A stretch of 64,000 bases of DNA, from positions 1 to 64,000 of IMG/VR virus record IMGVR_UViG_3300021139_000005; one strand, given 5' to 3'. Below the pieces are notes generated by a model. That model worked only from the letters and a program-made list of their open reading frames with translations, was not told the DNA's origin and made no database searches. This DNA is from a virus. The translations under genes and the position numbers were made by a program. Positions 8,374-18,181 of the stretch are shown piece by piece (position 1 is the first letter of the stretch; every line of letters starts with the position of its first letter).

Positions 8374-9153
8374 ATGAACCATGCTTCTCTTTTTTCTGGA
8401 ATTGGTGGTTTCGATTTAGCGGCTCAATGGATGGGGTGGGAAAATGTTTTTCACTGCGAATGGAATGAATTTGGACAAAAGATTTTAAAACACTATTGGC
8501 CGAAGGCCGTAAGCTATGGAGATATTACAAAAACAGACTTCACTATTTGGAGAGATAGAATTGACATTCTATCAGGGGGATTCCCATGCCAACCGTATTC
8601 AGTTGCCGGTAAAAGGAAAGGCAAAGAGGACGAACGCCATTTATGGCCCGAAATGCTTAGAGCAATATGCGAGATTCAACCGCGCTACATCGTGGGGGAA
8701 AATGTTGGCGGAATCGTTAGTTGGAACCGAGGAATGGTTTTCGAGGAAGTGCAAACTGACTTGGAGGGTGCGGGGTACGAGGTTTGGCCGTATATTCTTC
8801 CAGCTTGTGGTAAAGACGCACTCCACGAGCGCGAAAGGATTTGGTTTATTGCCCACTCCGGCAAAAACTTTGGGAGATTTTCCGTTCAGTCCGAAAACCC
8901 TGGAACTTCAACAAAACGGGAATGGACTTCGTCCTTCGGGTGCGAAAATTGGGAGCAGTTTGAATTGGCACCCGATAGCGTTACCACACTTACGAGATGG
9001 GCTAATAGACCCGCTACTGTTGAATTTTATGATGGGGTTTCCCCCAGATTGGACATTGAAGCCTTTTTTAGAGGCTCAAACAACGGATACGGAAATGCAA
9101 TAGTGCCACAAGTGGCATTGGGAATTTTTAAAGCAATAGAAAAAACCTTTTAA
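8374..9153 (+). CDS. DNA cytosine-C5 methyltransferase, alpha chain
   Basis: LFSGIGG, GGFPCQPYS, ENV, HERERIW, GNAIVPQVA. Confidence 0.92.
   Translation: MNHASLFSGIGGFDLAAQWMGWENVFHCEWNEFGQKILKHYWPKAVSYGDITKTDFTIWRDRIDILSGGFPCQPYSVAGKRKGKEDERHLWPEMLRAICEIQPRYIVGENVGGIVSWNRGMVFEEVQTDLEGAGYEVWPYILPACGKDALHERERIWFIAHSGKNFGRFSVQSENPGTSTKREWTSSFGCENWEQFELAPDSVTTLTRWANRPATVEFYDGVSPRLDIEAFFRGSNNGYGNAIVPQVALGIFKAIEKTF
8516..9103 (+). CDS. Overlapping alternative-frame beta chain of the C5 methyltransferase (M.EcoHK31I-type)
   Basis: 195-aa frame nested in the MTase; GLLPTP and IDPLLLNFMMGFPPDWT (motif IX-like). Confidence 0.7.
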   Translation: MEILQKQTSLFGEIELTFYQGDSHANRIQLPVKGKAKRTNAIYGPKCLEQYARFNRATSWGKMLAESLVGTEEWFSRKCKLTWRVRGTRFGRIFFQLVVKTHSTSAKGFGLLPTPAKTLGDFPFSPKTLELQQNGNGLRPSGAKIGSSLNWHPIALPHLRDGLIDPLLLNFMMGFPPDWTLKPFLEAQTTDTEMQ

Positions 9154-9289
9154 AAAAATGCAACTAGGGTTGAATAAGTATATAGTTACCAACGAATAAT
9201 TCAGGGTGGTATAGAAGTTGGTAATACGGTTCATGCATCTGATAAAGTAACCATTATAGCAGAGATAGAAGCAGTAAATAGAAAACACG

Positions 9290-9886
9290 ATGAAATCAAG
9301 TGACTTCGAACAAATGAACTGGCGTATTGACCTCATACCTGACCGTATTGTCATTGAGGAGTATGAGGAGATAAACCAACGTTTCCGCAAGTTCGCCCTT
9401 GACTCTGTGAAGATATTCAAGGAAATAACCAACGACCAACTGGTCCGTTTTATCATTTACTCTTACCACAAAAATTCTCCCTTTGTCAGAAAAATCACTG
9501 AACCAAAGCATCGTAAGAATCAAGCCTTATTAGAGGCCGGTGTAGACCTCAAACTCGATGAGGTAAAAGAGATAGTAGCCTGCGAAAACGAAAAGGTTGC
9601 TGAGTTGATATATGCCTTCCTGATTGGCGAAAATAATATCAAGTTCAGCACCCTCATGATGCAGACGGATGCCTACTATAAGATGAACTTCAAACTCGCA
9701 TATGGCGAGACCAACATCACAAAAAGCACTATAGAGTCCATCAAACTTCTTGAACAGAACCTGGAGTCCCTCGCACATGACGTTTTCTTTGGGGAACGGG
9801 AAATGGCTAACTTCGCCATGGGGATAGCGAACCGAGGACTGATCCTGTCTCCCGAAATGAATGCCGCCCAAAACAAAAAAGTTTAG
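9290..9886 (+). CDS. Probable terminase small subunit
   Basis: Directly precedes and overlaps TerL; helical 198 aa. Confidence 0.5.
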   Translation: MKSSDFEQMNWRIDLIPDRIVIEEYEEINQRFRKFALDSVKIFKEITNDQLVRFIIYSYHKNSPFVRKITEPKHRKNQALLEAGVDLKLDEVKEIVACENEKVAELIYAFLIGENNIKFSTLMMQTDAYYKMNFKLAYGETNITKSTIESIKLLEQNLESLAHDVFFGEREMANFAMGIANRGLILSPEMNAAQNKKV

Positions 9887-12101
9887 CTACGAAGAATGGC
9901 AAGCTACAAGGAAGATTAAATCCGGCATCGCGGACCTTGAGCCATATACCATCCAATTTCCAACTCCTCCGGCTCCGGAACTATTTATCAATTATGGACT
10001 CCCTGCAAAAGAACAATTCTTTGTAAGAGAGGAAAAACCTGAGTGGTTAGACCGGCTCAATAGAATGAAGCGAAGTGAGGCCATGTCAGTGGTCAAAGCC
10101 AACCAGTATATGGCCGAGTGGATAGACAGCCAGTGGAGGAAGCGGAATGAGGGGGTATTCATGTATATCAAAGGCATCCCACTGTATATACCCGGTAAGT
10201 ATTGGTTCTACATGAACTATTACTATCAGAACACAGCAAACGGGGTGGCGCTGGCGGACTTCCGGATGCCAGACTTAGAGTGGTTCTGGATATGGTGCCT
10301 GTTCGTATTACCCAACCCAAACATCTACGGAATAATTGAGTGCACCCTTCGTCGGGATGGGAAATCAGCGCGTAGCTTCGGTGAAGACCTTGAGGAGATA
10401 AGCAAGGAGGCCAACGTAAAGGCCGGCGCTCAGAGTAAGACCGACAAGGATGCCAAGGATACTTTTCAGGAGTTTATTGTTGAGCCTTGGCGAAGGCTAC
10501 CCTTCTTCTTCAACCCCATATTCGACAACAAAACATATCCGTCAAAGGAAATAAACTTCAGGTCACCATCGACATCAGGTGAGAGCCTGGATGCATCTAT
10601 ACTCGCGGAAGCGGTAATGGATGAGCTGGGCAGTTCAATTGAGGTAAGGGCCACCGTTGACAATGCATTTGACGGTAGAAAACTTCGTCGGTACACCTTG
10701 GACGAGGCAGGTAAGATTGAAGAAATGGATGTGTATGAGGCATGGCGTATCCACAAACAGTGCCTCAGAGTAGGTCAGAAGATGGTAGGTAAGGCCAAGA
10801 TCACAACTACTGTTGAGGAGATGGTTAAGCTGGGCATGGAGCCATTCTGGAGGATATGGGACGAATCAGACCGCAAGCCGGAGAAGATGACCAAGCTGAA
10901 TCAAACCGTCAGCGGACTTGTACCGATATTCAAGCCAGCGCATGAGGCATACATCTACGATCAATACGGGTTCCCAATAGCTGACGAACCAACACCAGAG
11001 CAGGCAGAGTATAGGAAATCTGTTCTTATTGCCGAGAATCGTTTGGAGGAGGTAAAGCAGGGACAGCACTTCCTCGGAGCCAAGGAGTTATTAAAGATGG
11101 AGGAGGAGTCTCTTTCGGGGAAAGCAAGGCAATCATTCCTCCGAATGTATCCACCATCTATATCAGTGGCCAGGAGGTCAAACAGCACAGAGTGTGCGTT
11201 CCCCGAGCATCAGGAAATAATTGAAAACAGGTTGGATGAACTTCGGTTTGGTCAGGACGATGTGTATGTCGGGAACCTTGAGTGGAAGGATAACATCCAG
11301 GATAGTGAGATAGTGTGGGTACCATGCAATCACAGGGATAGGCAGGGTAAGGTTTATGGGGATGAGTGCCCTCGGTGCCGGTTCAGATTCTTTACAATGG
11401 ATCACCTGAGATATGTCAACAACAACTCCAGGGACTCGATGGGGTATCTGATGCCAGGAAATAAGGGGAAGGGCATGGTATCAGCGGATACGTTCAAGTA
11501 CGCTAACACTTCAGGGAACCGAAAGTCTCAGGCCGCATCTCATGGCTATTGGGAGTTCGATTTAGAGGTTGATCAGGGCAGGGACCACGTTGACCAGGTA
11601 TCCGATGACTTCATCTTTGAATACTTATTCAGGCCCAAAACACCGGCAGACTTCTGTGAGGACATGGTAAAGGTCTGTTTCTGGCTGGGCTGGGAGATGT
11701 TCCCCGAAATAAACCTTGCTACTGTGTGGGACTACTTCCTTGCCCGGGGATATGAAAACTTCCTGAAGTTCAAGAAAATGTTCAAAATCGTTGACGGAAA
11801 GTATAAGATAGAGGAGAGCAAAACACCGGGGATGGTTACGCTCGGGGATCAATCAAAACTTCCGACGTTCGCAGCGGTAGAGACCTACCTGGACAAAAAC
11901 GGATACAAATGCAAGGCTCGTAAATTCCTTCAGGACTGCAAGGACGTAGAGTTCTCAAAACTGACCAAATATGATGCCTTTGTGTCTGGCTCTCAGTGCC
12001 TTTATGCAAGGTCTCCGGTCCAAAGATTTAAGCCAAAAGTGGAGGTAAAGACGCGAACAGGACTCGACGGAGCATTTATGCTCAAGCAGGCAGGTACTTA
12101 A
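9861..12101 (+). CDS. terL: Terminase large subunit (crAss-like)
   Basis: Walker A RRDGKS, Walker B YTLDEAGK, coupling TTT, nuclease SADTF..EYLFRP..YDAFVS. Confidence 0.92.
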   Translation: MPPKTKKFSYEEWQATRKIKSGIADLEPYTIQFPTPPAPELFINYGLPAKEQFFVREEKPEWLDRLNRMKRSEAMSVVKANQYMAEWIDSQWRKRNEGVFMYIKGIPLYIPGKYWFYMNYYYQNTANGVALADFRMPDLEWFWIWCLFVLPNPNIYGIIECTLRRDGKSARSFGEDLEEISKEANVKAGAQSKTDKDAKDTFQEFIVEPWRRLPFFFNPIFDNKTYPSKEINFRSPSTSGESLDASILAEAVMDELGSSIEVRATVDNAFDGRKLRRYTLDEAGKIEEMDVYEAWRIHKQCLRVGQKMVGKAKITTTVEEMVKLGMEPFWRIWDESDRKPEKMTKLNQTVSGLVPIFKPAHEAYIYDQYGFPIADEPTPEQAEYRKSVLIAENRLEEVKQGQHFLGAKELLKMEEESLSGKARQSFLRMYPPSISVARRSNSTECAFPEHQEIIENRLDELRFGQDDVYVGNLEWKDNIQDSEIVWVPCNHRDRQGKVYGDECPRCRFRFFTMDHLRYVNNNSRDSMGYLMPGNKGKGMVSADTFKYANTSGNRKSQAASHGYWEFDLEVDQGRDHVDQVSDDFIFEYLFRPKTPADFCEDMVKVCFWLGWEMFPEINLATVWDYFLARGYENFLKFKKMFKIVDGKYKIEESKTPGMVTLGDQSKLPTFAAVETYLDKNGYKCKARKFLQDCKDVEFSKLTKYDAFVSGSQCLYARSPVQRFKPKVEVKTRTGLDGAFMLKQAGT

Positions 12102-12131
12102 TTTTCGATACTTTTGTCGTAAACAAGCAGC

Positions 12132-14489
12132 ATGCAGTTCACTCCTGAAACCCTACCAGATTGCCCACCAGAATTTGACGGATCATTTCCATCGCATTTG
12201 GTGGACCCGGGTAGAAAAGACAAGGCATGGCACCTGGCATATGTCCGTGGGATGTATTATCAGTGCAAGAATAACCTCGGATATTTCAGCAATGATCGAA
12301 AGTATGATTGGGTGGATGCAAGACTATATGCTGATGGTAATCAACCAGTTGAGAAGTATCACAAGTGGTCATCAAGGCTAACAGATGGAGCCGGAAATGT
12401 GGTAAGTTACATGGACTTAAACTGGAAGATTGTATCCCCTCTTCCAAAGTTCTGCGCGGTATTAAAGGGTTACTTCTCGAAGCTCCAATACAAGATTCAG
12501 GCAACCTCGATCAACCCGGAGGCATCAGATGACAAAAACAAAATCAAGGAAAGCATATGGGCCAGCAAAACCCTTAAACCATTCTTCGCTGAACTTGAAC
12601 AGATTGCTCAACAGAGCTTTGGGGAAAATCCCATCCTTCCATTTGTACCGGACACCAAAGAAGAGCTTGAAATGTTCTTCAAAATGAGTTACCGTGACCA
12701 GGCTGAGATGGCTATGGAAATGGGACTTCGTCAGGTATTTTACGAGAACGATTGGGATACCATGTCGGATGAGCTGTGGGATGACGTTATCCGTTTGGGA
12801 GCGCTGGGCACATGCACGTATGTTGACCGCATCAGCAAGAAGATAAAGATGCGCTACTGTGATCCGGTAAACATGATATTGGATACGTTCAGGGGTCATG
12901 ATGGTGAGTCTATGGAGAGAATCGGTGAGTTCAGATTGATGACCATACAGCAATTGAAGCTGGCTGCGGGGGATCAGTTTACTGAGGCTGAATATTACGA
13001 CATGGCCTATCGCCATCGCGGACAGTATGGAAACCAGAACAACCTGGTGCCCTATGCTGACTATGTGAACACGGACTCGCTGTATACTTACAACCAGTGG
13101 GATAATTACCAGATACTTGTGCTTGAATTCTACACCGATAGCTGTGATAGAATAATGCGCGAAAGGAAGCCGGTAAAGGGGGTAAACTACTACTTCAAAA
13201 AACCTTTTGACACTCCTCTTGGAAAGAAGCAGGTGACCGACGAGTCCGGCAAGATGTTGTATGAGAAAGAGGTTTTCGCTACCGATACCAAGACCGTCTA
13301 CGGAGGTGTTTGGATTGTGGGGACCGACTATATCTACGATTGGGGAAAGACCACCGATATATCCAGGCCAAAGGATAACAGGAAGGAAGTAATGAAGCCA
13401 ATGCGCTTCTACCGCTGTGAGAACCAATCAAGGATAGAACTTGCTATCCCTTTCGCGGACTCATACATGCTGTCATGGCTCAAGATTCAGAACCTGAAGG
13501 CTCGGGCAATTCCAAAGGGAATCATGATCGAGATTGGGGCATTCGAAAACGTTGCTCTGGATGGTAAGATTCAAAGCGCCAGGGAGTTGCTGGAGCTGGC
13601 CATTCAATCAGGTATAATTGTCTACCGGAAGAATTCAACAATCGATGATGAAAACTACGACACTTCGCATCCAATAACGGAGACCAAGGGTGGTATGGGA
13701 GCCGAGTTCAAGGAGCTTATCGAGTCCATGGCAAATGACCTTATGAGCATTCGTGAGGTAATGGGGATATCTCAGATGTTTGATGCATCACAGCAGAATC
13801 CAAAACAACTTGTCGGTACCGCAGAGATGGCATACGAGGGAACAGAAAATGCCTTGGCACCATTAGTCAAGGGCTATCAGTGGATGCACAAAAAATGTGC
13901 TCTCGATGTGTGTTTGAAGTTCCAAATATTGGCCAGGTATATGGACCTAGAAGTGTATGAGCCAAGCATCGGAAGGGGACCGGTTCAGCGTTTGAAGATG
14001 GGCAAGGATATATCCTCTGTTACATACGGAATCGAACTTGAGGCACTGCCTACACAGGAGCAGAAACAGCGGATACTTGAGGCTGCAAAAGGAGCGCTTC
14101 AAAGCACGAACGATCCTACTAAGGGAGGTATTGATTGGTCCGACTATCTCAAGATTGAGAAGTGGGTCATCAATGGGGATTGGAAGCTGGCCGATGCTTA
14201 CTTCGTTTACCGGGTTAAACAGTCCAAACAGGAACTCGCTAAACAGGCTCAGGATAACATCAAGGCCCAGGGAGAGCAGAACCAGAAACTGCAACAGGAA
14301 AAACTGCAGGCAGATGCTCAAAATATGCAGATGGAAATCAAGGGCAAAAAGGAGCTCAGCGACAACCAGGCACAGAACGATATGAAGGTCATTGGGTTCG
14401 AATATGACAAGAAGAAAGAGCTTCTTGGAATGGACCATGGGCATGACCTGGCGGTTGCCAGAGGGGAACGCGCAAATGCCAAAAAATAA
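12132..14489 (+). CDS. Portal protein (crAss-like)
   Basis: Follows TerL; SYMDLNWKIVSPLPKF, PDTKEELEM, C-terminal Q/K coiled coil. Confidence 0.88.
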   Translation: MQFTPETLPDCPPEFDGSFPSHLVDPGRKDKAWHLAYVRGMYYQCKNNLGYFSNDRKYDWVDARLYADGNQPVEKYHKWSSRLTDGAGNVVSYMDLNWKIVSPLPKFCAVLKGYFSKLQYKIQATSINPEASDDKNKIKESIWASKTLKPFFAELEQIAQQSFGENPILPFVPDTKEELEMFFKMSYRDQAEMAMEMGLRQVFYENDWDTMSDELWDDVIRLGALGTCTYVDRISKKIKMRYCDPVNMILDTFRGHDGESMERIGEFRLMTIQQLKLAAGDQFTEAEYYDMAYRHRGQYGNQNNLVPYADYVNTDSLYTYNQWDNYQILVLEFYTDSCDRIMRERKPVKGVNYYFKKPFDTPLGKKQVTDESGKMLYEKEVFATDTKTVYGGVWIVGTDYIYDWGKTTDISRPKDNRKEVMKPMRFYRCENQSRIELAIPFADSYMLSWLKIQNLKARAIPKGIMIEIGAFENVALDGKIQSARELLELAIQSGIIVYRKNSTIDDENYDTSHPITETKGGMGAEFKELIESMANDLMSIREVMGISQMFDASQQNPKQLVGTAEMAYEGTENALAPLVKGYQWMHKKCALDVCLKFQILARYMDLEVYEPSIGRGPVQRLKMGKDISSVTYGIELEALPTQEQKQRILEAAKGALQSTNDPTKGGIDWSDYLKIEKWVINGDWKLADAYFVYRVKQSKQELAKQAQDNIKAQGEQNQKLQQEKLQADAQNMQMEIKGKKELSDNQAQNDMKVIGFEYDKKKELLGMDHGHDLAVARGERANAKK

Positions 14490-14523
14490 AAATCTTAGTT
14501 TTGTAACCAATTAAACCAAGTAT

Positions 14524-15741
14524 ATGACACCAACAGTAGGGTCAAAAGGAAAAGAAGCGGGTATTGTCGCTGCAGAAATGGGCATTGTCGTAAAATCGGG
14601 ACCCGAAATGGGAACTGGCGGCAATGGTCAGAATCAGGACAATAACTCAACAGCCAACGAAAAACCTGCCGGCAACGGACAAGGATCAACGGAGCAGAAG
14701 ACGGTCGTTCAGCCCAAAGTGATAAACATTGGGAAGAAACCGGTGGAAACGCCGGCAAAAACAGTAGTTCCCGAGAAAGGAACCGAAACAGCACCCGCAG
14801 TAGTTGCGGACGATTTTGATACCAGATTTGAGTCTCGTTTGAGCGAAATGTTCGGGCATGATTCGAAGAAGTTATCAGAAGTGTTGGGCCGGGTACCAGT
14901 TCTTGAAGAACAACTAAACGCAGACCCTTACAAAAATCCTTTTACTAAACAGTTGGATGACTTGCTTGGAAAGGGAATACCGGTAGAAACAGCGGTTAAG
15001 TATTTGACCACTGACTCAACCAAACTGTCGCACAAGGAGCTTATGGCTTTCAAAATGCAACAGGAATATCCGGAAATGGCAATCGAGAAGATCGTTCGCC
15101 AGATAGACCGGAAGTATAAATTGGGTGACTTCGCGCCCACCAAGAAAGTTGATGGCGAAGACGTACCTGACGAATCAGATGGACTTGAACAATTGGAATT
15201 CGATGCCCAGCCTATCAAAAAAGAGTTCGACGCTCTGAAGGGCCAGATGTTGGAGACCGGTAAATCAAGGGCAGATGTAGTAAATCAGCAACGAGAAGTA
15301 GAAAGAGTAAAGTCATGGGCACCGGTAGCTCAGAAGGTCGTAAATGATTTCGATGCAATCGAAGCAACAATGCCTAATGGCAACGTTCTGAAGTTCGCGG
15401 TTGAAATGACCCCTGAAGAAAAAACGGCCTATGAGGGACAGATTGCTCAGTTAATCAAGAGCACTCCTGGCCTGGGAACAGATGAGGCTGGCATTAAAAC
15501 CGCAAGAGCCGTAGTTGAAACTCTTTACGTAGCAAAGAACTGGCAAAAGATGGCAATCGCATTTGCTGAACAAGGTCGGACGATGTCTGACGAGGAGTGG
15601 ATTGCCGAAATACATAACCCTAGCCTTGGGAATACGGCTGCTAAACCTTATACCGGTACCAAGCCAAAAGCTGACCGGGATGACCAGATAGTAGGCCATA
15701 TCGAAAAAGTAGAAGGCAGGGCAAGAACGAGAACCAAGTAA
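14524..15741 (+). CDS. Probable scaffolding protein
   Basis: Between portal and MCP; low-complexity N-terminus, helical core. Confidence 0.6.
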   Translation: MTPTVGSKGKEAGIVAAEMGIVVKSGPEMGTGGNGQNQDNNSTANEKPAGNGQGSTEQKTVVQPKVINIGKKPVETPAKTVVPEKGTETAPAVVADDFDTRFESRLSEMFGHDSKKLSEVLGRVPVLEEQLNADPYKNPFTKQLDDLLGKGIPVETAVKYLTTDSTKLSHKELMAFKMQQEYPEMAIEKIVRQIDRKYKLGDFAPTKKVDGEDVPDESDGLEQLEFDAQPIKKEFDALKGQMLETGKSRADVVNQQREVERVKSWAPVAQKVVNDFDAIEATMPNGNVLKFAVEMTPEEKTAYEGQIAQLIKSTPGLGTDEAGIKTARAVVETLYVAKNWQKMAIAFAEQGRTMSDEEWIAEIHNPSLGNTAAKPYTGTKPKADRDDQIVGHIEKVEGRARTRTK

Positions 15742-15763
15742 ACCTCTTTATTTCTAACCGAAA

Positions 15764-17125
15764 ATGATACCACAAACCAATGTGCCGTCCGCAGTTGTCG
15801 CGAATGCAACGGACGCGTATATCTCCACATTCGACATACACATGCCGAGCAAGCGTAACAAACTGTTCAAACGCTTCGGTAAGCAGGGTGTAGGCTTCTT
15901 CAATACTCTCGAAACCCTGGGATTTGTTGATGCCGTTAACCAAACCAACTGGAGCCATTATGAAGAAGACTACTGGCATGAAACATTTACCGTTCAGACA
16001 TCAGTTGCCGATCCCGGTGCTGGTAACCCGGTAAATATTCGTCTTGCCGCTTCGAACGTAAACAGCTCTGGCTATTTCTACGTAAGACTTTATGATGACG
16101 TTTTATTCCCTAACCAGGTAACCGGTAAGGTAGTTGCAATCGATACCACATCGTTCGCTACTCCACAGATAACTGTTCAACCTCACGTTGCAGCTTCTGA
16201 TATTGGTGCGCTTGCTGCCGGTCAGGAACTTTCTATTTACTCTAACGGCTTCCAGGAAGATACTGATCAACCTGATGGACGTATCGCTGGGGTATCTGAG
16301 TTCTCTTTCGGTGCTAAGATCATCAAGGAAACCTTTACTGTATCAGGAACGGAAATGACGAACAAGGCATGGTTTGATACCGATAGCGATGGAAACTACA
16401 TCGGCGCTTACTACCTTGACGGACAGCTTCAGGCCGATTACCGTATTGCCCTTCAAATTGATGGTGCCTCTCTTTGGGACTCTCCTATCACTAATACTGT
16501 GTTGTCGAATGCCGGCCACAGGAACATGACAGGTCTGATTCCATGGATGACTACCAATAGCCCTACAGCAGTTTATACTGGCGGTCTGTTCTCAATGTCT
16601 AACGTTGATTACATGATCAAGAGATTCACCAAGCTGTTCGCTACTGACACCTATATGTGGATGAACGGTATTGACCTGAGCATCGAAGTAGAAAACGTAT
16701 TGACTGACTTCTTCGATCCGAACCCTAAGATTTTCGCGGGTTCTGTTGAGGGAAGTACTTCTCAGGAACTGAACATCGGTTTCTCGGGTATTAAAAAGTC
16801 TGACTTTACCTTCTACCTGAAGAACATGGGTGTGTTCTCTAACCCTAAGACCTATAACATCGCTGGCTATAACGTAACCGGCCTGGGCTTAGTAACTCCG
16901 CTTGGTACCGCAAAAGACCCTAAAAAGGCTGTGAATATTCCTTTCATGGGAATGCGTTACAAAGAAATGGATGGATACTCTCGTAAGATGGAGGTTTGGC
17001 CTTTATCCGGTGCCGGTAACGGGCCGAAGAATATCAGCCGTGACCGTCACACCATCAACATGCGTTGTGAAATGGGAACAGAGTTCTTTGGATCAAACAA
17101 CTTCTTCCTCTGGCAGAAGGCGTAA
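15764..17125 (+). CDS. Major capsid protein (crAss-like HK97 fold)
   Basis: Position; IIKETFTVSGT, TGLIPW, LNIGFSG, strongly biased codon use, downstream terminator. Confidence 0.88.
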   Translation: MIPQTNVPSAVVANATDAYISTFDIHMPSKRNKLFKRFGKQGVGFFNTLETLGFVDAVNQTNWSHYEEDYWHETFTVQTSVADPGAGNPVNIRLAASNVNSSGYFYVRLYDDVLFPNQVTGKVVAIDTTSFATPQITVQPHVAASDIGALAAGQELSIYSNGFQEDTDQPDGRIAGVSEFSFGAKIIKETFTVSGTEMTNKAWFDTDSDGNYIGAYYLDGQLQADYRIALQIDGASLWDSPITNTVLSNAGHRNMTGLIPWMTTNSPTAVYTGGLFSMSNVDYMIKRFTKLFATDTYMWMNGIDLSIEVENVLTDFFDPNPKIFAGSVEGSTSQELNIGFSGIKKSDFTFYLKNMGVFSNPKTYNIAGYNVTGLGLVTPLGTAKDPKKAVNIPFMGMRYKEMDGYSRKMEVWPLSGAGNGPKNISRDRHTINMRCEMGTEFFGSNNFFLWQKA

Positions 17126-17140
17126 TTGCAAACAAATAAA

Positions 17141-17173
17141 AGGTAGGCCGGCTTGTCCGGCCACCTTCTTTTT
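17141..17173 (+). terminator. Intrinsic terminator after MCP
   Basis: AGGTAGGCCGG-CTTGT-CCGGCCACCT then TCTTTTT. Confidence 0.75.
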
Positions 17174-17197
17174 CAAGAATAACTAAATTTAAAAACT

Positions 17198-18148
17198 ATG
17201 TTGTACCTCAACGAAAAACAGTGGGACAAAAAGGAATGGATGGTCGAACTATCGAAACACTTCGATGTTAAGGCCAACAAGAAGAAAGAATTTGCTTTTC
17301 ATTTAACCGATCACTACCGGGGAGTAAAGTATGTAGATAACAAGGCTGTTCCTACGTATCCCGAATCGCTCAATTACCCAATGCGTTATGCAATGAGGAT
17401 GAATGGCGAAGATGTGCAGTTGAGATATGCGGTTAACCCGAGCCTGGTAAAGCCGGCAAAGGGGGGTGGAACGACCACCGTTGATGATGCAGACCGTATC
17501 ATCTTCAACAACGGAGTATTTAGAGTAAAGGCTGACCAACTGGATTTGTATCTGTTCATGCTGTTAGCACCGAACAATTACACCAACCCTTATTACTTCA
17601 ATTACGAGAAGAGAAAGGGACAGCCTGATTTGATGGTAAGGAACGATGAGGCGGTGCCTACAGGCGTTCAGATGATGTTCAAAGAGAAAAATGCAGAACT
17701 GGAACAGGCCGATGCCTTTGATCAGGCGAGAGCGAAATATACTGCGGAGAATCACATCTTCTCAGTGTTGACCGAGGGCGAGTGCAGGGAACTTTATAAA
17801 AACTACGGGGAGCATGACTACGCTGAGTCAACCCTGAAGAGGATCAAAAACTTCCTGTTAGGGAAGGCTTCTGAGAATCCAACGTTGTTCATGGAGAACG
17901 TTAACAGCGATGTGAGGACCATCAAGACCAAGGTGGTAGAGGCCATCAATGCAGAATTGATAGTCTTTGATTCGAAGTCAAGCTGGTGGAAGTGGACAGG
18001 TCCGAAGGGTGAGAGGATCATCCAGGTGGCAAGAGGCCAGGATAATATCTTAGCTTTGGTTCGCTATATCAACGAAAAAGATGACGGTTCTTTACTGGCC
18101 GCATTGGAGGAAAAGGTAATAGCTGCTGAAAAAGAAATGGCAGAGTAA
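17198..18148 (+). CDS. Conserved post-capsid virion/assembly protein
   Basis: Position after MCP as in crAss-like modules. Confidence 0.6.
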   Translation: MLYLNEKQWDKKEWMVELSKHFDVKANKKKEFAFHLTDHYRGVKYVDNKAVPTYPESLNYPMRYAMRMNGEDVQLRYAVNPSLVKPAKGGGTTTVDDADRIIFNNGVFRVKADQLDLYLFMLLAPNNYTNPYYFNYEKRKGQPDLMVRNDEAVPTGVQMMFKEKNAELEQADAFDQARAKYTAENHIFSVLTEGECRELYKNYGEHDYAESTLKRIKNFLLGKASENPTLFMENVNSDVRTIKTKVVEAINAELIVFDSKSSWWKWTGPKGERIIQVARGQDNILALVRYINEKDDGSLLAALEEKVIAAEKEMAE

Positions 18149-18153
18149 CAATT

Positions 18154-18169
18154 GGGCTTCGGCCCTTTT
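18154..18169 (+). terminator. Short UUCG hairpin terminator
   Basis: GGGC-TTCG-GCCC-TTTT. Confidence 0.55.
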
Positions 18170-18181
18170 AAAATTTATATC

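Noticed and set aside
12525-14510. Long antisense ORFs opposite the portal gene
   Set aside because: No motifs; typical antisense shadows of a biased coding strand.
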